Shown here in pieces: positions 23,268 to 32,000 of a stretch of 32,000 nucleotides of DNA. Below the pieces are notes generated by a model. That model saw nothing but the letters and a program-made list of their open reading frames with translations, ran no database searches and was not told the DNA's origin. The translations under genes and the position numbers were made by a program. Where the stretch lies: positions 1,590,001 through 1,622,000 of the forward strand of contig NC_011979.1 of the NCBI RefSeq assembly GCF_000022265.1, in the 5' to 3' direction. The DNA is from Geotalea daltonii FRC-32 (GTDB lineage Bacteria > Desulfobacterota > Desulfuromonadia > Geobacterales > Geobacteraceae). Every line of letters starts with the position of its first letter. Position 1 is the stretch's first letter.

Positions 23268-24146
23268 ATGCTTCTGGCAAAGCGTGAATTGGAATTGGCC
23301 GAATGTAGATACCATCTCAAACTAATGACCTCCATGTACGAAAATATTGCCTCGTCCACTACCTGGCGATTCACTGCACCGATAAGGGGCTTTCTCGACG
23401 CAGTTAAGAAAAGGGATTTCAATTTTAAAACTTTTGCGGAATCGCTACAAAGGGCCGTGTCTAGAATAGTGAAGGCCCCACGGCAGGATTGGGTTGAAGC
23501 GGCTAATGCCTGCGACAGCAACGTTGCCATCATGCCTGCTGCTTTTGCAGAGGGTGATCCGACTGGTCAAGTGGCGCAAAGTTTAGTCAAGTTTCTTGCC
23601 GACCAGGGTTATCTGGTAATTCATGCGACCTCAGCAATCAAACGATGCAACTCCAGTACAGCAACGCTGAAAGCTGTGCCTTCCCCTGTCATTATTGATA
23701 GGTCCGCTTCCCACCCTAATGTCATTAAAGTTCCCTTTCATGAATTGCTGAGCAGGGCGGGCTGTTTGCAACCGCGCAATCCTAGTCAAGCCATCCTTTT
23801 TGTTACCATTCCTGCAAAAAATCTGATTGAGTGTCTACCAGCTTTTCGCCTGGCAGGATTTTCTGTCGTCTACTGTGTTATAGCCGATTGGAGTGCACTG
23901 CACGATACAGGAGATGCTGACTGGTACGAACGGGAGGTGGAGGAGCAGGCAGTGCTTTATGCGGACGTGGTTAGTGTCATGTCACTAAAACTGAAAGACA
24001 CATTCTCCCACCTGCGAAGCGACATCTTCTATTTAGGCAATGACTCCCATAATGCTGAACAGTGTCAGGTTTTATTGGGGCAGGAATTTAACCGATTGCT
24101 CACCGTGGTAACAAACGAATCCGTCATAAAAGGCATTTATGCTTAA
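23268..24146 (+). CDS. Half-size GT-B-like protein (N-terminal Rossmann half only) with N-terminal helix plus W-R-x-T-A-P-I-R motif
   Basis: ORF 23181..24146. ATG 23268 is preferred (GGGGGTGA 7 nt upstream). VVYCVIADWS...EREVEEQAVLYADVVSVMSLKLKDTF...IFYLGND is colinear with the N-halves of 25167..26477 and 26497..27618, but the protein stops before any donor-binding half. Confidence 0.5.
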   Translation: MLLAKRELELAECRYHLKLMTSMYENIASSTTWRFTAPIRGFLDAVKKRDFNFKTFAESLQRAVSRIVKAPRQDWVEAANACDSNVAIMPAAFAEGDPTGQVAQSLVKFLADQGYLVIHATSAIKRCNSSTATLKAVPSPVIIDRSASHPNVIKVPFHELLSRAGCLQPRNPSQAILFVTIPAKNLIECLPAFRLAGFSVVYCVIADWSALHDTGDADWYEREVEEQAVLYADVVSVMSLKLKDTFSHLRSDIFYLGNDSHNAEQCQVLLGQEFNRLLTVVTNESVIKGIYA

Positions 24147-25170
24147 GCTGCTCTATGTTTACAGATTCGCCACATTGGGCGGAGTTGAGAGAGTGCTTAT
24201 CAGCAGAGCTGAGGCATTTAGAGACCATCAAGTACCGGTAAAAATTTTTCTTTATTTTTTTAAAGATCTTGGTGCTATTGATAAATTAAATAATTATTTC
24301 GCGCTTCATGAGTTGTCAGATAACATACAGATAGTTAACAGAATTGATGAGAATCAATATGACTTTATAATTTCGATCGATACTCCCCAGATATTGAAAT
24401 TTAATATTTCAAAGAGCAAGCTACTTTTTGAATGCCATACTACCTATCTAAACAGCAGGAAATATCTGATGGAATTGCCTGCCGAAGTCAGAGTCATAGT
24501 TGTACCTTCTTCTGGTATGAAGACCACCCTGGCGCAGGAGCGGCCAGAACTGAAAAACAAGATTGTTGTTGTGAGGAATTATGTTCCGGAGGACACGACT
24601 TCTTACCATGGAGGCAGAATCTGGGTGAAGCGCCCCCTTTTGTACTTGGGCAGAATGGATGAACATAAAAACATCTGCGAGCTCCTTGATGTTTTCGCCT
24701 ATTATCGCAGCCATTATGGTGATGACATGATGCTGGTGCTTGTGGGGATGAGTGCCGAAACTATCAATCTCCCTCAGGAGTTGCAGCAACGGAATCTTAC
24801 GGATCGGGCCGTCGTTTTGCCTCCTGTCGGATTTGATAAAGTGAACCGGCTATACTCACTAATAAAAAAACATGGGGGCATATTTATGTCTTCATCGGTA
24901 GCTGAATCGTTCGGTTTATCCGCAGCTGAAGCAATGGTAAATGGTTTGCCTGTCCTGTTGTCGGGGACTCATGCCCATGTAGATCTTGTGGAAGGAAACA
25001 TGAATTTTTTGTACCCCCTGGGCAATGTGCCTACAGGCGCAGGAAAACTGAAACATATTGTTGATAACTATGCTGCACTGTTACCGGAAATCGAAAAGTG
25101 CAAAGGGCAGTTCTCCGTGAAAAGGTTCATTGAAGACTGGCAGCTGCTGAAGGATGTGCATGCAAAATGA
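24139..25170 (+). CDS. GT4 glycosyltransferase
   Basis: FATLGGVERV N-terminus and an E-x7-E motif (AESFGLSAAEAMVNGLPVLLS). Overlaps the upstream gene by 8 nt. Noticeably AT-richer than its neighbours. Confidence 0.85.
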   Translation: MLKLLYVYRFATLGGVERVLISRAEAFRDHQVPVKIFLYFFKDLGAIDKLNNYFALHELSDNIQIVNRIDENQYDFIISIDTPQILKFNISKSKLLFECHTTYLNSRKYLMELPAEVRVIVVPSSGMKTTLAQERPELKNKIVVVRNYVPEDTTSYHGGRIWVKRPLLYLGRMDEHKNICELLDVFAYYRSHYGDDMMLVLVGMSAETINLPQELQQRNLTDRAVVLPPVGFDKVNRLYSLIKKHGGIFMSSSVAESFGLSAAEAMVNGLPVLLSGTHAHVDLVEGNMNFLYPLGNVPTGAGKLKHIVDNYAALLPEIEKCKGQFSVKRFIEDWQLLKDVHAK

Positions 25171-26477
25171 TGTGCAGACGTGGAATGTTTGAACAGATGG
25201 TGTGCCGTCTCCGTGAACGCCTTAACCGGGTTACGCCTTTACGCTACCTGTACGTATTCATTACGCTTCTTTCCGGCCAAGGGGGTGCTGCCACCTGGAA
25301 AGCCATAAAGCGCAAACTGCATGTGCTGCGCCTGGCAGTGGTACGGCCAAAGGACCGGCAGGACCTGTCCGCGATTCTGGAACTGCACCGTAATCAGCCC
25401 GTCATCGTCTACCCTCCTGTAATCAACTGGCACATCCCCCTGTTCCAGCGACCTCAGCAGTTGGCCAAGGCCCTGGCCGGTCAGGGGCTCCTCTATTTCT
25501 ACTGTACCGATAATTGCCTTTACGATGATGTCCAAGGTTTTGAACAGCTTGTCCCTAACCTCTATCTTACCAACAGATTGTCACTGTTGCAGAGGTTGCC
25601 GGGGCGCAAGGTCCTGCATCTTTATTCGACTGATTATCAGACCACGCCGGGAGATATACGGCGGGAGCTCGCACAGGTAAGTTTGATTATCTATGAGTAT
25701 GTGGATGAACTGAACGACAAGCTTGCCGGTTTTCGCATCCCCAGTTACACCTATGAGAAGCACCGGCTGCTGCTTGAGGATGAGCGCTGTATCGTGGTGG
25801 CCACGGCGGACCTCCTGTACCGGGAGGTTGTCTCCTGCCGTTCCCGGAATTGCGCCCTTGTGACTAACGGGGTGGACTATGCTCATTTTGCCGTGCCCCG
25901 TAATGCCGAGGCGATTCCGGAAGCTTTGCGACCGGCCATTGCTGCCGGCAGGCCATTGATCGGCTATATGGGCGCTCTGGCCAGTTGGTTCGACTATGAG
26001 CTGGTAAGACGCATTGCCAGGGAACGGCCCGATTATACGGTGGTGCTCATTGGCTTTGACTATGATGGCACGTTGGAAAGGCACCGGCTTCACTCTCTGC
26101 CGAACTTGATCTTTACTGGCCCCGTGCCTTATCAGCGGCTACCCGAGTACACCTGCTGGTTCGATGTGGCAACCATCCCTTTCCTGCTCAATGACATTAC
26201 CGAGTCAACCTCTCCCATCAAGCTTTTCGAGTACATGGCCATGGGGCACCCCATTGTCACCACCGGGATGCCCGAGTGCCGAAAGTATCGCTCGGTGTTG
26301 GTGGGGGAAGACCATGATGACTTCATTGCCAAAATAGATCATGCGCTGACGCTGCGTGAAGATGCAGTCTATAAACAGCTCCTGCAAATGGAAGCCCTTG
26401 AAAATACCTGGGACGCCAAGGCAGGAGTCATCGCCGACCTCATCAGAAAAAATCTCGAACGCCCATGGCGCAATTGA
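25167..26477 (+). CDS. GT1/GT4-like glycosyltransferase (TuaH-like architecture)
   Basis: ATGA overlap with the upstream gene. NGVDYAHF, GYMGALASWFDYELV, TSPIKLFEYMAMGHPIVTT. Confidence 0.75.
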   Translation: MMCRRGMFEQMVCRLRERLNRVTPLRYLYVFITLLSGQGGAATWKAIKRKLHVLRLAVVRPKDRQDLSAILELHRNQPVIVYPPVINWHIPLFQRPQQLAKALAGQGLLYFYCTDNCLYDDVQGFEQLVPNLYLTNRLSLLQRLPGRKVLHLYSTDYQTTPGDIRRELAQVSLIIYEYVDELNDKLAGFRIPSYTYEKHRLLLEDERCIVVATADLLYREVVSCRSRNCALVTNGVDYAHFAVPRNAEAIPEALRPAIAAGRPLIGYMGALASWFDYELVRRIARERPDYTVVLIGFDYDGTLERHRLHSLPNLIFTGPVPYQRLPEYTCWFDVATIPFLLNDITESTSPIKLFEYMAMGHPIVTTGMPECRKYRSVLVGEDHDDFIAKIDHALTLREDAVYKQLLQMEALENTWDAKAGVIADLIRKNLERPWRN

Positions 26478-26496
26478 CCAGTAAGCGGGCTATTTA

Positions 26497-27618
26497 ATGA
26501 AAAAAATTCTCTACCTCATGCATCTACCCTGGGGCTGGATCAAGCAGAGACCCCATTTTATCGCTGAAGGGCTGACCGGCCATTATTCTGTTGATGTTGT
26601 TTACCGTTTTTACCGGGTCCCTTTCGAGGGGAAATTGGTTAAAAATGCATCATTGCCGGGGCTTTCCCTCACCCCGCTGGTTATCCTTCCCTTCAACAGG
26701 CTCGTGCCGGTTGCGGCAATAAACGCCTGGATCCTCAGACTATACCTCAAGGGAAAAATCGGTGGTTACGACGTCGTCTGGATCAGCCATCCTGAGATGT
26801 ATGAGGCGGTTGCGCAGATAATCCCTGCGGGTGCTCAGGTGGTGTACGACTGTATGGACAACCACCTGGCCTTTGACCTGGCCCGGCGCAATCCGTCCTG
26901 GAGCCGCCGCATGCTGGCTGCCGAAGGGAGCCTTCTTGAGCGGAGCGACACCATTTTCGCCTCCTCCGAGAGCCTTAAAAAAACGCTCATGGAGCGCTAT
27001 GGCCCCAATAAAGAGATCAACGTGGTCAACAACGGCATTCACCTGGAGGATGAAGGTGCCTGCCAGGTACTGCCACCTGCTGTCGATGCTGCACTGGCCA
27101 GCCCAAATATGAAGCTTGTCTACATAGGAACCGTAGCCTCATGGCTGGATGTGGAGCTCCTCGTCAAGACCGTCGAGCGGCATCGGGAGGTAGTGATCCT
27201 GCTGATCGGGCCTTGCGAGATAAGCTTGCCGGCCCATGAGCGCATCCTCCACTTGGGACCAGTAGTCCATCGGCAGATTTATACGGTGATGGATAAAGCA
27301 GATGCCCTGATCATGCCCTTCACGGTCAATGAACTGGTTTTTGGTGTGGACCCGGTGAAACTCTACGAATATGTTTACAGCGGCAAGCCCGCCATCGCCG
27401 TCCGCTACCCGGAAAGCGAGAGATTCGGCGATTATGTACACCTCTACCGGGATATGGACGAGTTTCTCTCCCTGGTGGATCGCCTGATCAGGGGAGAACT
27501 GGGGGCAAAAAAAAAACAATCCGATTGCGTCGCCTTTGCCAGGTCTAATACCTGGGAAGAGCGTGTTAAGAAGATCGTATTGAATATTGAGGGGGCTGGT
27601 GAAAGAGTGCCTGAATGA
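26497..27618 (+). CDS. GT1/GT4-like glycosyltransferase (paralog of 25167..26477)
   Basis: NNGIHLED, VYIGTVASWLDVELL, DPVKLYEYVYSGKPAIAV. Confidence 0.75.
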   Translation: MKKILYLMHLPWGWIKQRPHFIAEGLTGHYSVDVVYRFYRVPFEGKLVKNASLPGLSLTPLVILPFNRLVPVAAINAWILRLYLKGKIGGYDVVWISHPEMYEAVAQIIPAGAQVVYDCMDNHLAFDLARRNPSWSRRMLAAEGSLLERSDTIFASSESLKKTLMERYGPNKEINVVNNGIHLEDEGACQVLPPAVDAALASPNMKLVYIGTVASWLDVELLVKTVERHREVVILLIGPCEISLPAHERILHLGPVVHRQIYTVMDKADALIMPFTVNELVFGVDPVKLYEYVYSGKPAIAVRYPESERFGDYVHLYRDMDEFLSLVDRLIRGELGAKKKQSDCVAFARSNTWEERVKKIVLNIEGAGERVPE

Positions 27619-27622
27619 CATA

Positions 27623-28465
27623 ATGGCGGTGGAAGTTATTTATCGCCGCAAGCTGGCTGACACCGAGACTTTTTCTTCCCTGTCACACTCTTTGGAAAAG
27701 CTGGGCGGCTGCCTCGAACTACTGGTCTATGACAACAGCCCCGAACCAATGGAACCGGCCCATCATGATTACCCGGCTTGGCGCATTCAATATGTGCATG
27801 ACTCTGGGAACCCCGGCATTAGCAAGGCCTATAACGAGGGCTACCGCCTTGCCCGGCAGCTGGGCAAGAAGTGGCTTTTGCTGCTGGACCAGGATACCGT
27901 GTTTCCGGAGGATGCCCTTGCCGTTTACTGCCAAGGGATAGAAAAATGCCCTCAGGTTACCCTCTTCGCTCCGGTGCTGAAAGCCGGTGAAGTAATCTGC
28001 TCCCCCTGCCGCTATCTAATGCGGACCGGCTTTCATCCAAAAACGGTCAGAACAGGGATTCAGATGCTGCAGGGCAAGGCGGTGCTCAATAGCGGCATGC
28101 TGGTCAGGGTCGATGTTTTTGGACGCTGCGGCGGTTTTAATGAGCGGATCAGGCTGGATTTTGCCGATTTTGCTTTCAATAACAGGTTGCGCAGGCATTA
28201 TGAAACCTTTTGCGTTCTGCCCATTCAGTGCCGCCACGGTTTCTCCGGAACGGGAACGGTGAGCCGCCCTGATGCCCTGAGGCGGTTTGAGTTGTTCCGG
28301 GAAGGAGCAGCAAATTCTGTCGAGAGTTTTACCGATGGTGTGCTTTACAGTCTGGTTGTGCTGAAGCGCTGTATTCGCCTGACGGTTCAGTTTCGCTCCT
28401 TTTGTTTTGTTAAAAGCTTGCTTGAGATGAGCAAAAAGAGGTTGAATAGGAAGAAGGACGATTAA
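27623..28465 (+). CDS. GT2 glycosyltransferase (rhamnosyltransferase-like)
   Basis: ELLVYDNSPEP...ISKAYNEGYRLA...LLLLDQDTVF. ATG 27623 is preferred over the overlapping 27587 start. Confidence 0.8.
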   Translation: MAVEVIYRRKLADTETFSSLSHSLEKLGGCLELLVYDNSPEPMEPAHHDYPAWRIQYVHDSGNPGISKAYNEGYRLARQLGKKWLLLLDQDTVFPEDALAVYCQGIEKCPQVTLFAPVLKAGEVICSPCRYLMRTGFHPKTVRTGIQMLQGKAVLNSGMLVRVDVFGRCGGFNERIRLDFADFAFNNRLRRHYETFCVLPIQCRHGFSGTGTVSRPDALRRFELFREGAANSVESFTDGVLYSLVVLKRCIRLTVQFRSFCFVKSLLEMSKKRLNRKKDD

Positions 28466-29178
28466 TGCGCATTTCCGTCTGCATGGCGACCCATAATGGC
28501 GAGAGGTTCATCCGCCGACAGCTGGAGTCCATACTCTCCCAGTTAACCACAGATGATGAACTGATAGTTTCCGATGATTCTTCAACTGATGGAACAGTTG
28601 GCATTATCAAGGGTTTTGGCGATGGGCGCATTCGCCTTTTCCCAAATAACACCTTCTATAGCCCCATCTTTAATTTCGAGAATGCCCTGAAGCATGCCGG
28701 CGGGGATGTGATCGTCCTTGCTGACCAGGACGATGTCTGGCTTGACAACAAAGTGGCGGTGATCAGAAAGAAGTTTGCGGCAAAGCCCCGTCGTTACTAC
28801 CTGATCGCCCTGGACGGTTATGTCATCGATGAGAACGAGGCTATCATCAGTGACTCCATCTTCGCGCGGCTGAATGCCGGGAAAGGCTTCTGGAAAAATA
28901 TCTTCAACAACCGTTACCTGGGATGTTGCCTGGCCTTTTCAAGGGAACTGCTGGAAATAGCCCTGCCTTTTCCCCGCCGGGTTCCCATGCATGACATGTG
29001 GCTCGGGCAATTGTGCGAACTGGCCGGAGAGACGGAGTTCGTGGAGGAGAAAACCATTCTTTACCGGAAGCACGGAGCAAGTCTCACAGATTTCAAGATC
29101 CGCTTCATGCCGGTTACCCAGATCAAGCGCCGAATGTTTTTGCTTTACTACCTTTTGTCCAGGAAGCATAGACTATGA
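28465..29178 (+). CDS. GT2 glycosyltransferase
   Basis: TAATG overlap. ISVCMATHNGERFIRRQLESILSQ...LIVSDDSSTDGT...LADQDDVW. Confidence 0.85.
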   Translation: MRISVCMATHNGERFIRRQLESILSQLTTDDELIVSDDSSTDGTVGIIKGFGDGRIRLFPNNTFYSPIFNFENALKHAGGDVIVLADQDDVWLDNKVAVIRKKFAAKPRRYYLIALDGYVIDENEAIISDSIFARLNAGKGFWKNIFNNRYLGCCLAFSRELLEIALPFPRRVPMHDMWLGQLCELAGETEFVEEKTILYRKHGASLTDFKIRFMPVTQIKRRMFLLYYLLSRKHRL

Positions 29179-29987
29179 TCAAGCCAGAGGCGACGCCGTT
29201 TCAACCACAGATTTCCATCGTCATGCCTTGCTTTCAGCAGGTTGCATTTCTTGAGGAGGCAGTGCGTTCGGTGCTTGAACAGCCGGTGGATGTTGAACTG
29301 CTGGTCATGGACCCCGGCTCCACGGACGGTTCCAGGGAACTTCTGCAATCATTGAAGGGAGAGTTCGGCGAGCGGCTGATTTTGCACTTCGCTCCCGACA
29401 GGGGGCAGTCCGATGCCATCAATCGCGGCATGGGCATGGCGCGGGGACGCATCCTGGCATGGCTAAATTCCGATGACCGGCTGCGCCCGGGGGCACTGGC
29501 CAAGGTGGCGTCATGTTTTGCCGGGGATGAGCCGCTCTGGATATATGGTCGAGCCGGCATGATCGATGGCGACGGGCGTCCGGCTTCAAGTCTCATTGTC
29601 AAATACAAAAACTGGCGCGGGCGCCATTTTACGCCATTCAAGCTGCTGACCGAGAACTTCATCCCCCAGATGTCCACCTTCTGGACCAGATCGCTGTGGC
29701 TGCAGGCTGGAGAATTGAATCTTGAGAAGGAACTGGACATGGACTACGACCTCTGGTTCCGCTTTGCCCGCATAGTTTCGCCTCGGGTAGTGCATGAGAT
29801 CCTGGCGGATTTCAGAATACACGGAGAGGCTAAGGGGAGCGTGAGAGCCTACGAGCAGCTCCTGGCCGCTTATGCCACTGCCCGATCCCATGCCTCCGAA
29901 TACAAGATCAGGGGAAAAATTGCACTGGCGGTACATCTGTTATGCAGTTGGCGCACGAGGATTCTGTATTACTTTTTGAAGCCTTGA
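29175..29987 (+). CDS. GT2 glycosyltransferase
   Basis: ATGA overlap. ISIVMPCFQQVAFLEEAVRSVLEQ...LLVMDPGSTDGS...WLNSDD. Confidence 0.85.
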   Translation: MIKPEATPFQPQISIVMPCFQQVAFLEEAVRSVLEQPVDVELLVMDPGSTDGSRELLQSLKGEFGERLILHFAPDRGQSDAINRGMGMARGRILAWLNSDDRLRPGALAKVASCFAGDEPLWIYGRAGMIDGDGRPASSLIVKYKNWRGRHFTPFKLLTENFIPQMSTFWTRSLWLQAGELNLEKELDMDYDLWFRFARIVSPRVVHEILADFRIHGEAKGSVRAYEQLLAAYATARSHASEYKIRGKIALAVHLLCSWRTRILYYFLKP

Positions 29988-30096
29988 CACCTCTTAGCAA
30001 TGGTTTGGAACACATTAATGCACCTATACATTAGCCCGTAATCGTGCTATTGATGGCTACATACGATGAACAACAAAGGGCACAGGGACGCGACAG

Positions 30097-32000
30097 ATGA
30101 GTGCATCTTGGCTGAACGGTAAAATACCCGCTTTCTTTTTTGGAAGGATACGACACGCAGCTGTTGTTCACGGCATGATACTGATGCTCGTGGGTTTTTT
30201 TGCCTACGCCAATACCTTCGACGCCCAGTTCAATTTCGACGACGTACCGGCGATTCTCGGCAATCCCACTGTCAGGAGCGCGGAATCAGTGACAGATCCC
30301 CTGGCGATACGAGGGAACAGGGGGGTGGGAAATTTCAGCTTTGCCCTGAATTACAAGATTGCCGCCGAGCTCACGGGAGACGGCTTTTCCGTCCGCGGCT
30401 ATCATTATTTCAACCTTGCCGTCCATCTTGCCAATGCTTTGCTGGTCTATCTGCTGGTGATCCTGACTATCCGGAGGTCCACATCAGGGGAAAGCAGTGA
30501 GTGGCGGGGCAGGGGGATCGCTTTTTTGGCCGCTCTCCTTTTCGTCAGCCATCCGTTGCAGACCCAGGCTGTAACCTATATTGTCCAGCGCTTCACCTCT
30601 CTGGCCACAACCTTTTACCTATTATCACTGGTCTTTTACATATTCGCCCGCAGCCAGCGGGGTGACTCGACAAACGGCAACCGTTTGAAGGCTGCCGTGT
30701 TTTGGGCACTCTCAATCGTGCTGGCGGCACTGGCAATGGGAACCAAGGAAATTGCCATAACCCTTCCATTTACAATCATCCTCTACGAATTCCTTTTTTT
30801 CAGGGGAAGCATCGTCAAACGTTTACTGGCAGCCGGCGCCTTTCTCCTCACCCTGATCATCATTCCCCTCAGCATTATCGGTGCATCCGGCGGACAGCTT
30901 TTGAGCAGGATAGAGGCTGCAACAAAAGTTCAGACGGACATGTCGCGGCTGGATTACCTGTACACCCAGTTCAAGGTGGTAGTGACCTATTTGAGGCTGC
31001 TTTTTTTCCCGGCCGGGCAGAACCTGGAGTACGACTACCCCGTTTCCCATTCCTTTTTCGAGGCGGGGGTGATTCTCTCTTTCCTGCTGCTACTGGCGAT
31101 ATTTGGGCTTGGCGTCTATTTCCTTTATCGTTCGAAGTTCGAGGTTCGAGGTTCGAAGTTCGAAGTTGGCCAAGCGCATTCACCAATCACCAATCACCAA
31201 TCACCAATAACCAATCACCGCCTCATCGCCTTCGGCATTTTCTGGTTTTTCATTACCCTGTCGGTTGAGTCCAGTTTCATTCCCATTGTGGATGTCATCT
31301 TCGAGCATCGCGTCTATCTACCGTCGGTGGGCTTCTTCATCGCCGTCGCCACCCTGGTCGTCCTGGGTGCCGAAAAGCTTTCCCTGGGAAGGCCCAGGGT
31401 TGCCGACGGCCTGCTGGTATCCATATTGCTGCTGTCCTGTGTGCTGGCGCTGCTTACCTTCAATCGCAACCGGGTCTGGGCCGATGAGATAACCCTCTGG
31501 GAGGATGTAGCCGCCAAATCGCCGAACCTTTCCAGGCCATGGAACAACCTGGGCTACGCCTATCTCAAGCATCGTCTGCCGAAAAAGGCCATCCCGGCCC
31601 TCATTACCTCCATAACCATTTCTCCCGGTTCTCCCGATGCCTGGAACAACGTCGGAATGGCACTCACGCAGCTTGGCAGCTATACCGGGCGCTTCAGTCC
31701 CACTTATGAACTGTTCGATATGAGTGCCGGCATCACCTCGACCTATCAGAGCGAGTGGTTTGCCCTGGCTTACAACAATCTCGGCCTGGCCTACGATTCC
31801 ATGGGACAGGTCAATGAATCCATCGAGAACTTCCAGAAAGCGATCTCCATGAACCCGCGCCTGGCTCAGGCCTATTACAATCTGGGACTGGCCTTTCTTG
31901 CCATAAAAGACAAAGGGCAGGCTGCAGATCAGTATCGAATGTTGAGATCCCTCGATCCGGAACTGGCGGCAAAGCTGCGGGAAGCGGTGATTGGTGATTG
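30097..32000 (+). CDS. GT-C-fold (PMT/TMTC-like) polytopic membrane protein with C-terminal TPR repeats; 3-prime end beyond the window
   Basis: Not in the ORF track because no stop occurs. I read frame 1 open from ATG 30097 to nt 32000. First-loop FNFDDVPAILGNP (DD motif), many hydrophobic helices, EHRVYLPSVGFF, then TPR-like WNNLGYAY..., AYNNLGLAYDSMGQ..., AYYNLGLAFLAIKD.... Contains array F in frame. Confidence 0.85.
   Translation, partial: MSASWLNGKIPAFFFGRIRHAAVVHGMILMLVGFFAYANTFDAQFNFDDVPAILGNPTVRSAESVTDPLAIRGNRGVGNFSFALNYKIAAELTGDGFSVRGYHYFNLAVHLANALLVYLLVILTIRRSTSGESSEWRGRGIAFLAALLFVSHPLQTQAVTYIVQRFTSLATTFYLLSLVFYIFARSQRGDSTNGNRLKAAVFWALSIVLAALAMGTKEIAITLPFTIILYEFLFFRGSIVKRLLAAGAFLLTLIIIPLSIIGASGGQLLSRIEAATKVQTDMSRLDYLYTQFKVVVTYLRLLFFPAGQNLEYDYPVSHSFFEAGVILSFLLLLAIFGLGVYFLYRSKFEVRGSKFEVGQAHSPITNHQSPITNHRLIAFGIFWFFITLSVESSFIPIVDVIFEHRVYLPSVGFFIAVATLVVLGAEKLSLGRPRVADGLLVSILLLSCVLALLTFNRNRVWADEITLWEDVAAKSPNLSRPWNNLGYAYLKHRLPKKAIPALITSITISPGSPDAWNNVGMALTQLGSYTGRFSPTYELFDMSAGITSTYQSEWFALAYNNLGLAYDSMGQVNESIENFQKAISMNPRLAQAYYNLGLAFLAIKDKGQAADQYRMLRSLDPELAAKLREAVIGD
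31130..31220 (-). repeat. Heptanucleotide array F, reverse orientation, inside the GT-C/TPR coding sequence (13 units, one phase)
   Basis: GTTCGAA GTTCGAG GTTCGAG GTTCGAA GTTCGAA GTTGGCC AAGCGCA TTCACCA ATCACCAx3 ATAACCA ATCACCG. This is the reverse complement of an array-A-type (GGTGATT)n-(TTCGAAC)n composite. It is translated as [31 protein letters not shown]. Confidence 0.95.
31986..32000 (+). repeat. Heptanucleotide array G (start only; GCGGTGATTGGTGATTG at the window edge)
   Basis: Same GCGGTGATTGGTGATT junction as the other forward arrays, here at the C-terminal end of the GT-C/TPR ORF. Confidence 0.8.

Noticed and set aside
30006-30022. Sigma54-like TGGAACACATTAATGCA upstream of the GT-C/TPR gene
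   Set aside because: The GG to GC spacing is one nucleotide longer than the TGGCAC-N5-TTGC consensus, and no enhancer-binding protein gene is nearby.
30702-31492. ORF-track entries 30702..31268 and 31265..31492 (+), and minus-strand ORFs in the same region
   Set aside because: They are out of frame with the long frame-1 ORF from 30097, which has GT-C and TPR motifs throughout and no stop to the window end. The track omits that ORF only because it lacks a stop.

Overview
Nearly the whole window is one plus-strand cell-envelope glycan locus with ABC-transporter-dependent (Wzm/Wzt) logic. Gene order, left to right: (1) the 3-prime end of a GT4 glycosyltransferase. (2) A convergent secreted YVTN beta-propeller protein, the only convincing minus-strand gene. 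(3) A PAPS-synthesis module, cysC, cysD, a four-helix-bundle gene, then cysN carrying a degenerate APS-kinase-like tail. (4) The Wzm permease. (5) An RHH/ParE toxin-antitoxin pair. (6) A 141-bp hairpin (MITE-like) repeat. (7) A visibly AT-rich block (about 8.2-20.0 kb) with a signal-peptide protein, a radical SAM/SPASM-like enzyme, Wzt with a C-terminal glycan-binding domain, two PAPS-type sulfotransferases, a stand-alone RapZ C-terminal-domain protein, five GT2-like transferases and a coiled-coil protein. (8) A UDP-2-acetamido-2,6-dideoxy-L-hexose module (RmlD-like reductase, FnlA/CapE-like dehydratase, non-hydrolysing 2-epimerase). (9) A half-size GT-B protein and six tightly overlapping glycosyltransferase genes. 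(10) A GT-C/TPR membrane protein that runs off the right edge. I recognised no rRNA, tRNA, CRISPR, transposase or integrase. Two things stand out. First, a family of phase-locked heptanucleotide tandem arrays (GGTGATT, GGTGAAG, GGTGGAT, TTCGAAC, CATAGAA types) starts at or across stop codons of the GC-rich genes. These arrays bracket the four-helix-bundle gene as inverted repeats. In the opposite orientation one is read in frame inside the GT-C/TPR coding sequence, and another lies in frame in the putative cysN N-terminal extension. Second, the gene content predicts a sulfated polysaccharide with its own PAPS supply. Taxon cannot be fixed from the window. Gene content and composition are compatible with an anaerobic Geobacter/Desulfuromonas-like bacterium, at low confidence.
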